This document shows, in pieces, positions 1 to 11,960 of a stretch of DNA of 64,000 nucleotides; position 1 is the stretch's first letter; each line of letters opens with the position of its first letter. The notes beneath the pieces were generated by a model. The model searched no databases. It saw nothing but the letters and a program-made list of their open reading frames with translations, and was not told the DNA's origin. The position numbers and the translations under genes were made by a program. The DNA is from Macrostomum lignano (Eukaryota): contig NIVC01000146.1 in assembly GCA_002269645.1 (NCBI GenBank), positions 62,001-126,000 on the forward strand, in the 5' to 3' direction.

Positions 1-2098
1 ACATTCTAGACAGTGCCATATTCCTGTACATTCTAGACAGTGCCATATTCTTGTACATTCTAGACAGTGCCATATTCTTGTACACTCTAGACAGTGCCAT
101 ATTCTTGTACATTCTAGACAGTGCCATATTCTTGTACATTCTAGACAGTGCCATATTCTTGTACATTCTAGACAGTGCCATATTCTTGTACATTCTAGAC
201 AGTGCCATATTCTTGTACATTCTAGACAGTGCCATATTCTTGTACATTCTAGACAGTGCCATATTCTTGTACACTCTAGACAGTGCCATATTCTTGTACA
301 CTCTAGACAGTGCCATATTCTTGTACACTCTAGACAGTGCCATATTCTTGTACATTCTAGACAGTGCCATATTCTTGTACATTCTGGACAGTGCCATATT
401 CTTGTACACTCTAGACAGTGCCATATTCTTGTACACTCTAGACAGTGCCATATTCTTGTACACTCTAGACAGTGCCATATTCTTGTACATTCTAGACAGT
501 GCCATATTCCTGTACATTCTGGACAGTGCCATATTCTTGTACATTCTAGACAGTGCCATATTCTTGTAGATTCTGGACAGTGCCATATTCTTGTACATTC
601 TAGACAGTGCCATATTCTTGTACACTCTAGACAGTGCCATATTCTTGTACATTCTAGACAGTGCCATATTCTTGTACATTCTAGACAGTGCCATATTCTT
701 GTACATTCTGGACAGTGCCATATTCTTCTACATTCTAGACAGTGCCATATTCTTGTACATTCTAGACAGTGCCATATTCTTGTACATTCTAGACAGTGCA
801 ATATTCTTGTACATTCTAGACAGTGCCATATTCTTGTACATTCTAGACAGTGCCATATTCTTGTACACTCTAGACAGTGCCATATTCTTGTACACTCTAG
901 ACAGTGCCATATTCTTGTACATTCTAGACAGTGCCATATTCTTGTACATTCTGGACAGTGCCATATTCTTGTACACTCTAGACAGTGTCATATTCTTGTA
1001 CACTCTAGACAGTGCCATATTCTTGTACACTCTAGACAGTGCCATATTCTTGTACATTCTAGACAGTGCCATATTCCTGTACATTCTAGACAGTGCCATA
1101 TTCTTGTACATTCTAGACAGTGCCATATTCTTGTAGATTCTGGACAGTGCCATATTCTTGTACATTCTAGACAGTGCCATATTCTTGTACACTCTAGACA
1201 GTGCCATATTCTTGTACATTCTAGACAGTGCCATATTCTTGTACATTCTAGACAGTGCCATATTCTTGTAGATTCTGGACAGTGCCATATTCTTCTACAT
1301 TCTAGACAGTGCCATATTCTTGTACATTCTAGACAGTGCCATATTCTTGTACATTCTAGACAGTGCCATATTCTTGTATATTCTAGACAGCGCCATATTC
1401 TTGTACATTCTGGACAGTGCCATATTCTTGTACATTCTAGACAGTGCCATATTCTTGTACATTCTAGACAGTGCCATATTCTTGTACATTCTAGACAGTG
1501 CCATATTCTTGTACATTCTAGACAGTGCCATATCCTTGTACATTCTAGACAGTGCCATATTCTTGTACACTCTAGACAGTGCCATATTCTTGTACATTCT
1601 AGACAGTGCCATATTCTTGTACATTCTAGACAGTGCCATATTCTTGTACATTCTAGACAGTGCCATATTCTTGTACATTCTAGACAGTGCCATATTCTTG
1701 TACATTCTAGACAGTGCAATATTCTTGTACACTCTAGACAGTGCCATATTCTTGTACACTCTAGACAGTGCCATATTCTTGTACACTCTAGACAGTGCCA
1801 TATTCTTGTACACTCTAGACAGTGCCATATTCTTGTACATTCTAGACAGTGCCATATTCTTGTACATTCTAGACAGTGCCATATTCTTGTACATTCTAGA
1901 CAGTGCCATATTCTTGTACATTCTAGACAGTGCCATATTCTTGTACATTCTAGACAGTGCGATATTCTTGTACATTCTAGACAGTGCCATATTCTTGTAC
2001 ATTCTAGACAGTGCCATATTCTTGTACATTCTAGACAGTGCCATATTCTTGTACATTCTAGACAGTGCCATATTCTTGTACATTCTAGACAGTGCCAT
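1..2098. repeat. 27-bp minisatellite (ACATTCTAGACAGTGCCATATTCTTGT)n, about 77 copies, continues off the window edge
   Basis: Unit is directly visible. The ORFs YILDSAIFL, MALSRMYKN and WHCLECTRI are its translations. Confidence 0.98.
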
Positions 2099-2429
2099 TT
2101 TGGGCAGGCACTACCTAAGCAGAAACTGAGCTCATGCTCAACAAGAGCAGAGTTACACACTCGAGTGCCAACCAGAATTCAACAACCCGATTTTCGTTGG
2201 AAATCTGAGTCGAAGCTTTCAGTGCGTGAGACTTCGAGTCTAAAATCGAAGCCGCTCCGACGCTTTGTGTCCAAAATCCAGGTGGCTGGGGTTCTTTTTG
2301 AAAAGCAAACTGCATCCGAAATAAATGAGTGCAGGCAGCGTTTGGCAGTAGAAATTGGAACCGCGACCGAATAAGTTACACTATAGCCGTACCACTCATA
2401 CACTACCTCAATAGAATGACATGTCAACC

Positions 2430-3420
2430 CCATAGACACCCTACCCCACACTACCACACCATCGACTACCACATCATAAGCTAAGCTACCACACCATAGA
2501 CTACCGCATCATAAGCTGAGCTACCACACCATAGACTACCACATCATAAGCTAAGCTACCACACCATAGACTACCGCATCATAAGCTGAGCTACCACACC
2601 ATAGACTACCACATCATAAGCTGAGCTACCACACCATAGACTACCACATCATAAGCTAAGCTACCACACCATAGACTAGCGGCGCATCATAAGCTGAAGC
2701 TACCTCACCATAGACTACCGCATAATGAACTGAAGCTACCTCACCATAGACTACCGCATAATGAACTGAAGCTACCACACCATAGACTACCGCATAATGG
2801 ACTGAAGCTACCACACCATAGACTACCGCATAATGGACTGAAGCTACCACACCATAGACTACCGCATAATGAACTGAAGCTACCACACCATAGACTACCG
2901 CATAATGGACTGAAGCTACCACACCATAGACTACCGCATAATGGACTGAAGCTACCACACCATAGACTACCGCATAATGGACTGAAGCTACCACACCATA
3001 GACTACCGCATAATGGACTGAAGCTACCACACCATAGACTACCGCATAATGGACTGAAGCTACCACACCATAGACTACCGCATAATGAACTGAAGCTACC
3101 TCACCATAGACTACCGCATAATGAACTGAAGCTACCACACCATAGACTACCGCATAATGGACTGAAGCTACCACACCATAGACTACCGCATAATGGACTG
3201 AAGCTACCACACCATAGACTACCGCATAATGAACTGAAGCTACCACACCATAGACTACCGCATAATGGACTGAAGCTACCACACCATAGACTACCGCATA
3301 ATGGACTGAAGCTACCACACCATAGACTACCGCATAATGGACTGAAGCTACCACACCATAGACTACCGCATAATGGACTGAAGCTACCACACCATAGACT
3401 ACTGCATCATAATCTGAGCT
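2430..3420. repeat. 35/36-bp minisatellite (GCTACCACACCATAGACTACC...), two unit variants
   Basis: 35-bp units ending CATCATAAGCTAA/GA are followed by 36-bp units ending GCATAATGGACTGAA. Confidence 0.95.
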
Positions 3421-4049
3421 ATAACTCTCATATACTAAATAGACTACTAATCTGTACACTACATCAGACTACCACACTGCAGACAGCCAACGGCGAGTTC
3501 AATTCTTAACACGCCGACTCTCAGCAACTAATCTACAGGGAAAAAGGATAACAGACTCTGATACAGAAAAAGCCATCAACAAAATCAGCCTGATCGATAA
3601 TCAGATCACGAATCGGGCCAGTACCCCCCCCCTAGCAACGGAGGATCGGGAAGCCACAGCCAGCCGCATCAGATTCTCTCCCGGTCTCCCACCCCCGCAC
3701 CCAAAGCGTGGGAGAAATCTCCCATCAGTAGGTACCGGGAAGAAACTGTGGGCCCAGCTACAGCTAGAGGCGGAGGGATTAAGCCTTGGCGGCCTGGTCA
3801 GTGTTTATCCGGGGCGTCGGCCCTGCCAGCGCCATCGCAGCGCATCGCAAATCCGCATTTTTAGGAACGATGGGAAAACCCTGTTTGAGGTGTGATTAAT
3901 TTTGACAAGCCAGTTGCTAAGCGAGGGTGCCAGCATAAGGTTGAGAGGAAAAGTTTCAGTCTAGACTTGAGACTTGGTTTATTGCTTACGATTGCTTGGT
4001 TTATGCAGAAGTCCTTTTGAAGAGAAATCTGCTTAAAGTGTTGGCAGTA

Positions 4050-4306
4050 GGCATTGGCAGTAGGAAGTAGGAATTGGAACCGCGACCGAATAAGTTACAC
4101 TATAGCCGTACCACTCATACACTACCTCAATAGAATGACGCGTCTTAACCCCATAGACACCCCACCCCACACTACCACACCATAGACTACCGCATCATAA
4201 GCTGAGCTACCACACCATAGACTACCACATCATAAGCTAAGCTACCACACCATACACTACCACATCATAAGCTAAGCTACCACACCATAGACTACCACAT
4301 CATAAG
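4050..4306 (+). repeat. Second copy of the 2337-2660 segment (dispersed direct repeat with a short 35-bp array)
   Basis: AATTGGAACCGCGACCGAATAAGTTACACTATAGCCGTACCACTCATACACTACCTCAATAGAATGAC occurs at 2353-2419 and at about 4072-4139. Each copy is followed by the same 35-bp units. Confidence 0.9.
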
Positions 4307-4407
4307 TTGTTTAGAAGTTGTTTAGAAGTTGTTTAGATTCTAGTGTTTAGAAGTTATTATAATTATAAAATTGGGATTTGGTATTCGAAATTCGGGTTTT
4401 GGGGAAG

Positions 4408-5260
4408 GTCTTGCCAAGGGGTCGCCATCATAAGCTCGAAAAATCACATCGTCGAAAACAAGGCTCCATCACAAGCTGGAAAAGTCACAAGCTCGAAAAA
4501 TCACATCGTCGAAAACTGATTTAGCAGCCACCATTACAAGCTCGAAAAGTCATAAGCTCGAAAAATCATAACGTCGAAAAGTTTAGCAACCACCATCACA
4601 AGCTCGAAAAGTCATAAGCTCGAAAAATCACATCGTCGAAAACTGATTTAGCAACCACCATCACAAGCTCGAAAAGTCATAAGCTCGAAAAATCACATCG
4701 TCGAAAACTGATTTAGCAGCCACCATCACAAGCTCGAAAAGTCATAAGCTCGAAAAATCACATCGTCGAAAAGTTTAGCAACCATCATCACAAGCTCGAA
4801 AAGGCACAAGCTCTAACCCTAACCCCAAGGCACTAACCCTAAGGCACCAGTACCCTAGCCTAACCCTGAACCATAACCCTAACCCCAACCCTAACCTAAC
4901 CCTAACCTTAAGGCACAAGTTCTAACCCCAACCCTATTCAAGCTTGTGATGGTGGTTGCTAACCTTTTCGACAACGTGACTTTTCGAGCTTGTGAATTTT
5001 TGAGCTTTTGATGGTGGTTGCTAAACTTTTCGACGATATGATTTTTCGAGCTTATGACTTTTCGAGCTTATGACTTTTCAAGCTTGTGATGGTGGTTGCT
5101 AAATCAGTTTTCGACGATGTGATTTTTCGAGCTTATGACTTTTCGAGCTTGTGATGGTGGTTGCTAAATTTTTAGACGATGTGATTTTTCGAGCTTGTGA
5201 TGGTGGATGCTTTTCGACGATGTGATTTTTCGAGCTTGTGATGGGCCCCCTTGCCAAGGA
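4408..5260. mobile_element. Foldback/MITE-like non-autonomous element: inverted arms built of sub-repeats around a telomere-like (TAACCC)n spacer
   Basis: The left arm (4415-4812, CATCACAAGCTCGAAAAATCACATCGTCGAAAA units) is the reverse complement of the right arm (about 4935-5253). Degenerate CCCTAA repeats lie at 4813-4935. The ends read CAAGGGG...CCCCTTG, and CTTGCCAAGG occurs at both 4410 and 5250. Confidence 0.75.
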
Positions 5261-6086
5261 CTACCAGAAGTACGGGACACTCTGTTTCTTGAAATTGGTC
5301 GAAGTATAAAAGCTCCAAAATGACACCCCTTGGTATTTTATTCCTTGAAAATTTCGAATAAAAACGCAACAATGATCCCCAAGAAGACTTCTGCAGAGAT
5401 CCGGGCCCCAGCTCACCGGACTCGGTGACCCGGCTGTCCTCGCACTCGGCCAGGCGGGGAAGTTCCTCCCGCCGCAGGCAGGACCAGCGCTTGTCATCGG
5501 TGATGTACCATTCGTCGAAGATGAAAAAGTCATCGTCAATGTAGGGCACGTCGTAATCGACCGACAGTCGGCCGTCGACTTTGCACGGGGTGACGGAGTC
5601 GGGGAACATGTGGTCGTCATTGACAACGCAGCAGGCGGCTGTCCGGGCCACCAGGCAGCGGATCTGCTCGTCCGTCTTGCTGGGCAGCTCGCTGACGTCG
5701 GCGTCAAAGGCTGGGGAGCGCTTCATCCCGCCGAGGCCGCCGCCCCCTCCTCCACCGAAAGTGGCCGATTCTTCGTCCGGCGGAGGCAGCAGCTTGTACA
5801 TGTAGGCCGCCGAGGTGGAGCCTTCATCTCTCCTGGACAGGCCCGGCTCGGCCACCTCGGCAGCGTCCGCATCCGCCTCGGCGTCCGGCTCCACCACAGC
5901 TGGCGGTGCAGGCGTTGAACCCGAGGGCTCAGCCGCGCCAGTCGCCGATATCGACGTCAAATGATTCGCCGAGTCGTCCGATTTTGCTTTGAATCGACGC
6001 TTCCGACGATGCTGCTGCTGCTGCTGCGATGGCGCTGGCAGCGGCTGCTGGCCCTGACGGTCGCTGTTCGCCTGCTGGTTGCCCAT
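5172..6086 (-). CDS. Hypothetical protein, possibly N-myristoylated (MGNQQANS...); 3' end uncertain
   Basis: GC-rich coding-like ORF from ATG 6086, with a CAG acceptor about 36 nt upstream. Low-complexity Q/G/A runs precede a non-repetitive core (CLVARTAACCVVNDDHMFPDSVTPCKVDGRLSVDYDVPYIDDDFFIFDEWY). GC drops after about 5390 and the ORF runs into the foldback element. No family recognised. Confidence 0.6.
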   Translation of the reverse strand: MGNQQANSDRQGQQPLPAPSQQQQQHRRKRRFKAKSDDSANHLTSISATGAAEPSGSTPAPPAVVEPDAEADADAAEVAEPGLSRRDEGSTSAAYMYKLLPPPDEESATFGGGGGGGLGGMKRSPAFDADVSELPSKTDEQIRCLVARTAACCVVNDDHMFPDSVTPCKVDGRLSVDYDVPYIDDDFFIFDEWYITDDKRWSCLRREELPRLAECEDSRVTESGELGPGSLQKSSWGSLLRFYSKFSRNKIPRGVILELLYFDQFQETECPVLLVVLGKGAHHKLEKSHRRKASTITSSKNHIV

Positions 6087-7129
6087 GCCGAACTGCGGCC
6101 GACGCCTTCGCCTCCAGGAAGCTGGCGATGTCGGGAGAAGGAGAGACAGCAAAGCTCAAGACGGCTCACTCAGAACTTTATAAAACTGCTTCCCCTGTGT
6201 TTCAATTGCAGAAGCAGCCCTTGCTTGGCCAGCTATGAGAATTCTGATCTTCACGGAATGCAGAATTCAGCGCTGTGACATGCCTGAACAACTGCGGTTT
6301 TTTATGTCCACCGGCTGAGCCTCTCTGGGCCTTGACTGTCGCCTTTACTTTTTCTTACTCTGCCTGGCTCTATTTCTGTCTCGCTGCAGGGTTCTGGCAG
6401 CTTGTCCCGCAGCGACAGCCCCACGCCGAGGCCCCCCTTAAGCTTGCACCGCTCCCTGCAGTGCGCGCACCCACGCCGCCCCTCCCCCTCCTCTCCGCAT
6501 TTCCTCCCTCTGCTCAGCTCCAACGTTCGGGGATTAGGCCGTTCGCGATCCCCAGGGCTGGTCAGAGCGCCGCGTTCTGCCGCGCGCGGTCCGACTCCCC
6601 CTCCGCTGGGAAGCCTCGCCCACTAATTCCCCTCTGATCGATGGGGAAGCCAGAGAAGAAGAGGGAGAGAGGAAGAGGAGGAGGGTGAGCCCCTATAATC
6701 CCATCTGCCTCTTCTCTCTTCCCCTTCCATTTCATCCCCTATTGCAGCGTTCGCGCCTGCCCCCCCTCACGGCTTCCTCCCGCAGCGGACCCGGGATTGC
6801 CGGAGCGTGAATTCCCCTGCCTTCGTAGATTCCCTGCTCTCTCCCGTGCCCCTCTCTCCGCTGCACAGTGCGCTGGGCTGGGGGGGTCTGGGTGAAGGTG
6901 AACACAGAGAGGACTGGAGGGAGAGGGGAACAGCGGAACAAGCCGCACCTGTGTCAGAATCCTAGTTGACATATTTAAAGAGTTTTTACAGACTACTGGG
7001 TAAGCAACCCATTGTGCGATTTAGAAAAAGCTCGTCTGTTTCTGGCTGAATGTACGAAGTTGTACACAGAGGCTCAACAAGTTTATACAGACAGTACACG
7101 TATGTGCTAGGAGTGGGATTTTGGAATTG

Positions 7130-7305
7130 AACTTCTCTGTACCCCAAAATTAGGTGTGGGATTTTGGATTGACCTTCCCTGTTCCCCAAAATTAGGTGTG
7201 GGAATTATTTGATTGACCTTCACTGTTTCCAAAATTAGGTATGGGATTTTGGGATTGACCTTCTCTGCTCCCCAAAGTTAGGGGTTGGATTTTGGAATCG
7301 ACCTG
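7130..7305. repeat. Degenerate ~50-bp tandem repeat (CCCAAAATTAGGTGTGGGATTTTGG...TTGACCTT), about 4 copies
   Basis: Recurring motif visible in sequence. Confidence 0.8.
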
Positions 7306-8014
7306 AATTTCATTTTTTATAATCGCTTTGATTTTTTTTATTAATACCCAAGCAGCGAATACCAATGAGATGATGGGCTTAAATAAACTGGGAGGCTGGA
7401 TGGATGAGCTTCATCCCCAAAATCGAGCCAGAGAACCTACCCTACCCTCCTCCCTGCCCCACGCACAAGCCTCCCCAGTGCAGGGGGGCGATCTGAGATT
7501 ACGTCATCGCAGCAGAGAAAGTCTCCCACACAGTGCACACTGGGCAGGGACATTCGACCACGTCAGAGTCTGAGGCGGCTACTCCAGATGGCGCTCGCCA
7601 AGAAGTCGTGTGAAAAGGTGAGACGCCTCGCCCTGCCCGGATGAAGAGTCTGCGGCAGCTGGACCGCAGTTGATGAGGAGCCGCAGCCGCCCCCCCCCAT
7701 TCCCAGATCTGGGATCCTGCGGAGCGAAGGAGGCGGTGACTAAGAACGCTGCTGTAGTGAGACAGCAAAGGGGCAGGCAGGCAAAGTGATGGAGGAAGCG
7801 GAAAACTCAATTACTCCCCTCTCTCCTCTTTGCCTCTACTCTGCTTTGGGATTTCCCTTCGGGCAAGGGGAAGAAGCAGGCCGACATTCCGAGACGGCTG
7901 GGTCCCAATCCCGATCTAATGCCGCTGGATAAGATGGATAAAAATATAAAATATATGGAATTAAAATCTTAAAAGCCAGTCTTTGAAAGATAATAACGCC
8001 AGTACCGAAATCTG

Positions 8015-8330
8015 GGGGCAGATGGGTGTTATGAGATGAGTGTCATATGGGGGCAGATGGGTGCTATGAGATGAGTGTCATATGGGGGCAGATGGGTGTT
8101 ATGAGATGAGTGTCATATGGGGGCAGATGGGTGTTATGAGATGAGTGTCATATGGGGGCAGATGGGTGTTATGAGATGAATGCCATATGGTGTCAGATGA
8201 GTGTCATAAGGTGTCATAAAGTGTCCTACAGTGTCAAATGAGTGTCATACAGTGTCAGATGGTGTCAGATGGTGTCATATGAGTGTCATGAGATGAGTTT
8301 CACATGCTATCAGATAAGTGTCAGACAGGG
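8015..8330. repeat. 35-bp minisatellite (GGGGGCAGATGGGTGTTATGAGATGAGTGTCATAT) decaying into TGTCAGAT repeats
   Basis: Directly visible. Confidence 0.9.
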
Positions 8331-9619
8331 TCAGACTTCTGCCGTGTGCGGTGTCACTCACAGCAATTACTCACATGGCGCTACTTGCATCAGTTCGCGG
8401 CCTCCCTGCAGTCCACCCAGATTAACTCCCGAAATTCTGAAGGCTCACCGCAGTCGGCAGCGCTCAGCATCAGCACGCAGCACACGATGCCGCGCCGCGA
8501 AGGCCCCAGAGCTGCAGCGGCTCCAGCCAACGCGGCAAAGTCCGGCTCACGGCGCCGGTGCCCAGCCCCCGGCAGCGCCAGCAGTCGGCGACGGCGCCAC
8601 TTCGCCACCAGGCCGGTGCGGCGCGACTGGCGCGACTTCGCCTAATGGGATTCGGGGGATTCAGAAATTATCCTGCGGAGCTTGGGATATTGCGATTATT
8701 AGAAAGTAGATGTCACGGAAGCTACTCAGCAGTAGCATACCAAGCAAATAATGCTCTAAACCTAAAGAAAATTACTAAAGGGAATTAGAAATCCAGGACC
8801 CAAACGAATCTGAGATGGTCTTTGCAAAGCTGCTCAAAGAAATCTGAATTGAAGCTCAGGGATTTACAAGTGTCAGATGAGGATCTAAGCTTTCAGAACA
8901 GTATTAAGCAATATTAAAGCGCTCACCAAAGCCAGGCTTCATTCGCGGACTGAATCGGGGCGTCAAAAATATGGAGAAAGGAGAGACCGAAGAAATGAAG
9001 TAGCGACTTCCGGACGGCTCACTTGTGCCATATATATATCTTATATGCAGCAGCCAGAGGCGCTCTGACAGAAGCCCCCAAGTCCCAGGGGAGGAGTTCT
9101 TCCTGCATTATTCCATTCCCAGGCCACCAAGGCCGGCGGGCAATTAAAAATCTGAGGAGCGACATCGATCGGCCATCAGCTGGCTGGGCCGCGTTAGCGA
9201 CTCAAAGCATTGCAGAGGATCAGCAAAGTCGGCGAGGAGAAGGAAAAATGCAGAACACAATTGATAAGGCGAATGGAGCTGCGCTGACTTGGGGCTCGAA
9301 TCCCGGTCGCGTTCCTCGCGGCGACACAAGGAAAATCGATTAGCGGACTCGAAGACTCCCCGTGCCTCGTCATAGGGGTCTCAAATCCCGCAATCTGCAT
9401 TTCCACACAGCCAGTCAGAGCGATTATTCGGGGAAAATAATTAAGGCGAATCAATAGGATCTTTTTATTTTCACCAGAGTTAATTGAAACTAATATTTAT
9501 AATACACAGCTTGTATATATTTACACTGCAATATTAATAAGATTTGAGTCGATTACGAGTATTTAAGACAAATGCTGGTGGGAATTCGCAATGATTACCA
9601 GTTGGAGAGCACAAGGAAT

Positions 9620-10228
9620 TAGAGTGACAGGCACACAGGGTAAGGAGTGACAGACACAGGGGTAAGGAGTGACAGGCACACAGGGGTAATAGTGACAGAC
9701 ACACAGGGGTAAGGAGTGACAGGCACACAGGGGTAAGGAGTGACAGGCACACAGGGGTAAGGAGTGACAGGCACACAGGGGTAAGGAGTGACAGACACAC
9801 AGGGGTAAGGAGTGACAGGCACACAGGGGTAAGGAGTGACAGGCACACAGGGGTAATAGTGACAGACACACAGGGGTAAGAAGTGACAGGCACACAGGGG
9901 TAAGGAGTGACAGACACACATGGGTAAGGAGTGACAGACACACAAGGGTAAGGAGTGACAGACACACAAGGGTAAGGAGTGACAGACACACAAGGGTAAG
10001 GAGTGACAGGCACACAGGGGTAATAGTGACAGACACACAGGGGTAAGGAGTGACAGGCACACAGGGGTAAGGAGTGACAGACACACATGGGTAAGGAGTG
10101 ACAGACACACAAGGGTAAGGAGTGACAGACACACAAGGGTAAGGAGTGACAGACACACAAGGGTAAGGAGTGACAGACACACATGGGTAAGGAGTGACAG
10201 ACACACAAGGGTAAGGAGTGACAGACAG
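9620..10228. repeat. 24-bp minisatellite (GGGTAAGGAGTGACAGRCACACAG)n, about 25 copies, just 3' of YEATS4
   Basis: Directly visible; source of the CVCHSLPL and TPYPCVSV ORFs. Confidence 0.97.
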
Positions 10229-10267
10229 AGGCAGGTTCAAGGCGAATCCCAGGCTCAAAGTCGGCTG

Positions 10268-10775
10268 TCAGTCAGCGCCGGCAGCGGCGGAAGCGGCGCC
10301 CTCCAGCCGGGCCACCATGGCCTTGAGCCGGTCAGCCGCATCCCGCCGCTTCCGAATGACATCCTTGAGCAGGTCCAGCTCGGCCTTGAGCTCCCGCCGG
10401 CCGGAGCGGACCATTTCAAGGTCGCGCAGCTTTTTAGCCGCGTAGTCAACACCGACGGCGCTGCCCCAGTGTCGGTCGGAGCGGCAGAGGCGCGCGCAGT
10501 CAGCAGGTCGTACGTGGCCTTGGTCGGCTCGTTGAACACCAGCTCATCGTAGAGCTCCACCTGGCGTGCGGGCGGGAGGCTTTCTGTACCTGTCTGTCTG
10601 TTTGTCTCGTGTTTGTGAGTCTGTCTGTCTGTCTGTCTGTCTCAGTTTGTCTGTCTCTCTGTCTGTCTGTCTGTATTAGTGTCTGTCAGCCTGTCTGTCT
10701 GTCTGTCTGTCTTTCTTAGTATCTATCTGCCTGTCTGTCTGTCTGTCTGTATGTCTTTCTTAGTATCTATCTGCC

Positions 10776-10832
<57 letters not shown>

Positions 10833-10860
10833 ATCTGTCTGTCTGTCTGTTGTGTCAGCC

Positions 10861-10897
<37 letters not shown>

Positions 10898-11299
10898 CTC
10901 TGCCTACCAACTCACTGTCAAGGCCGTCCTCCCAGTGGTGACATCCGGATTCCGTTGATCGAACAGTTTCAACAAGTGAAACAGGGTCACCGGTTTCTCG
11001 GCTGGGTCATGCCAGACCAGCCTGATTGACAGTTCGAATTCGCCCCAGCCGGTCTCGGTGAGTTCGTAGGGCGGCTCCGTCACGGTGCGCACGGGGTTGG
11101 CGTAGCTCTCGTGCAGCTTGAATTGTACGTGTCGCACGTAGGCGGACATGCAGTCGTTCACGGCTGGCCGGATGTACACCGTCCACTCGTGCGTGTGCCC
11201 GTCTTCGTCCCGTTTCCGGCCGAGAAAACGGGCGGAATTGCCATAGACTATGGGCTTCACCACGCTGGCGTTCTTGACGCGACCTGACACGACCTCGGC
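10268..11299 (-). CDS. YEATS4: YEATS domain-containing protein 4 (GAS41/Yaf9 orthologue); exons 11299-10916 and 10560-10268; one apparent 1-nt deletion in exon 2
   Basis: [41 protein letters not shown]...[10 protein letters not shown]...[14 protein letters not shown] matches the known GAS41 YEATS domain. Phase-0 intron ACA|GTGAGT...CCAG|GTG joins to [11 protein letters not shown]. The C-terminal coiled coil [35 protein letters not shown]...AD* lies in the -1 frame, with TGA at 10270-10268. Confidence 0.95.
10585..10900. repeat. (TGTC)n microsatellite filling the YEATS4 intron
   Basis: Directly visible. Confidence 0.97.
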
Positions 11300-11439
11300 C
11301 TGCGGGTGCGCGTTGGTTGCGGGGATAAGTTTGGGAACATTTGGCTGGCTTGCGACTTATTTACAGGTGACCAAGCACCTGATAATTGCTTCTGATTGAA
11401 AGGTATTGGGTAGCCTGCGATCCACTATATCAAAGATAA

Positions 11440-11960
11440 GTAGCTAATGACCAAATGTGACCAGTAGCTTATGACCAAATTTGATTAGTAGCTTATGACC
11501 AAATGTGACCAGTAGCTTATGACCAAATTTGATTAGTAGCTTATGACCAAATCTGACCAGTAGCTAATGACCGAATTCCACCAGTAGCTAATGACCGATT
11601 TCGACCAGCAGCTAATGACCGAATGCGACCAGTAGCTAATGACAAAATTTGACCAGTAGCTAATGACCAAATTCCACCAGCAGCTAATGACCAAATTCGA
11701 CCAGTAGCTAATGACCAAGTGTTACCGGTAGCTAATGACCGATTTTGATCAGTAGCTAATGACCAAGTGTTACCGGTAGCTAATGACCGATTTTGATCAG
11801 TAGCTAATGACCAAATGTTACCAGTAGCTAATGACCAAGTGTTACCGGTAGCTAATGATCGATTTTGATCAGTAGCTAATGACCAAATTCGACTAGTAGC
11901 TAATGACCAAATTCGACTAGTAGCTAATGACCAACTAAATGAGATGAGTAGCTTATAACT
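11440..11960. repeat. 24-bp minisatellite (CCAGTAGCTAATGACCAAATTCGA-like)
   Basis: The AGTAGCTAATGACC core recurs about every 24 bp. Confidence 0.95.

Noticed and set aside
51-3459. Long ORFs such as YILDSAIFL, WHCLECTRI and VVYGVVASVHYA repeats, and similar ones at 9.5-10.2, 17, 27, 33-34.8, 38, 43, 45.7, 58.7 and 59.7 kb
   Set aside because: They are translations of tandem units that lack stops, usually open on both strands or in several frames, with no splice or family support.
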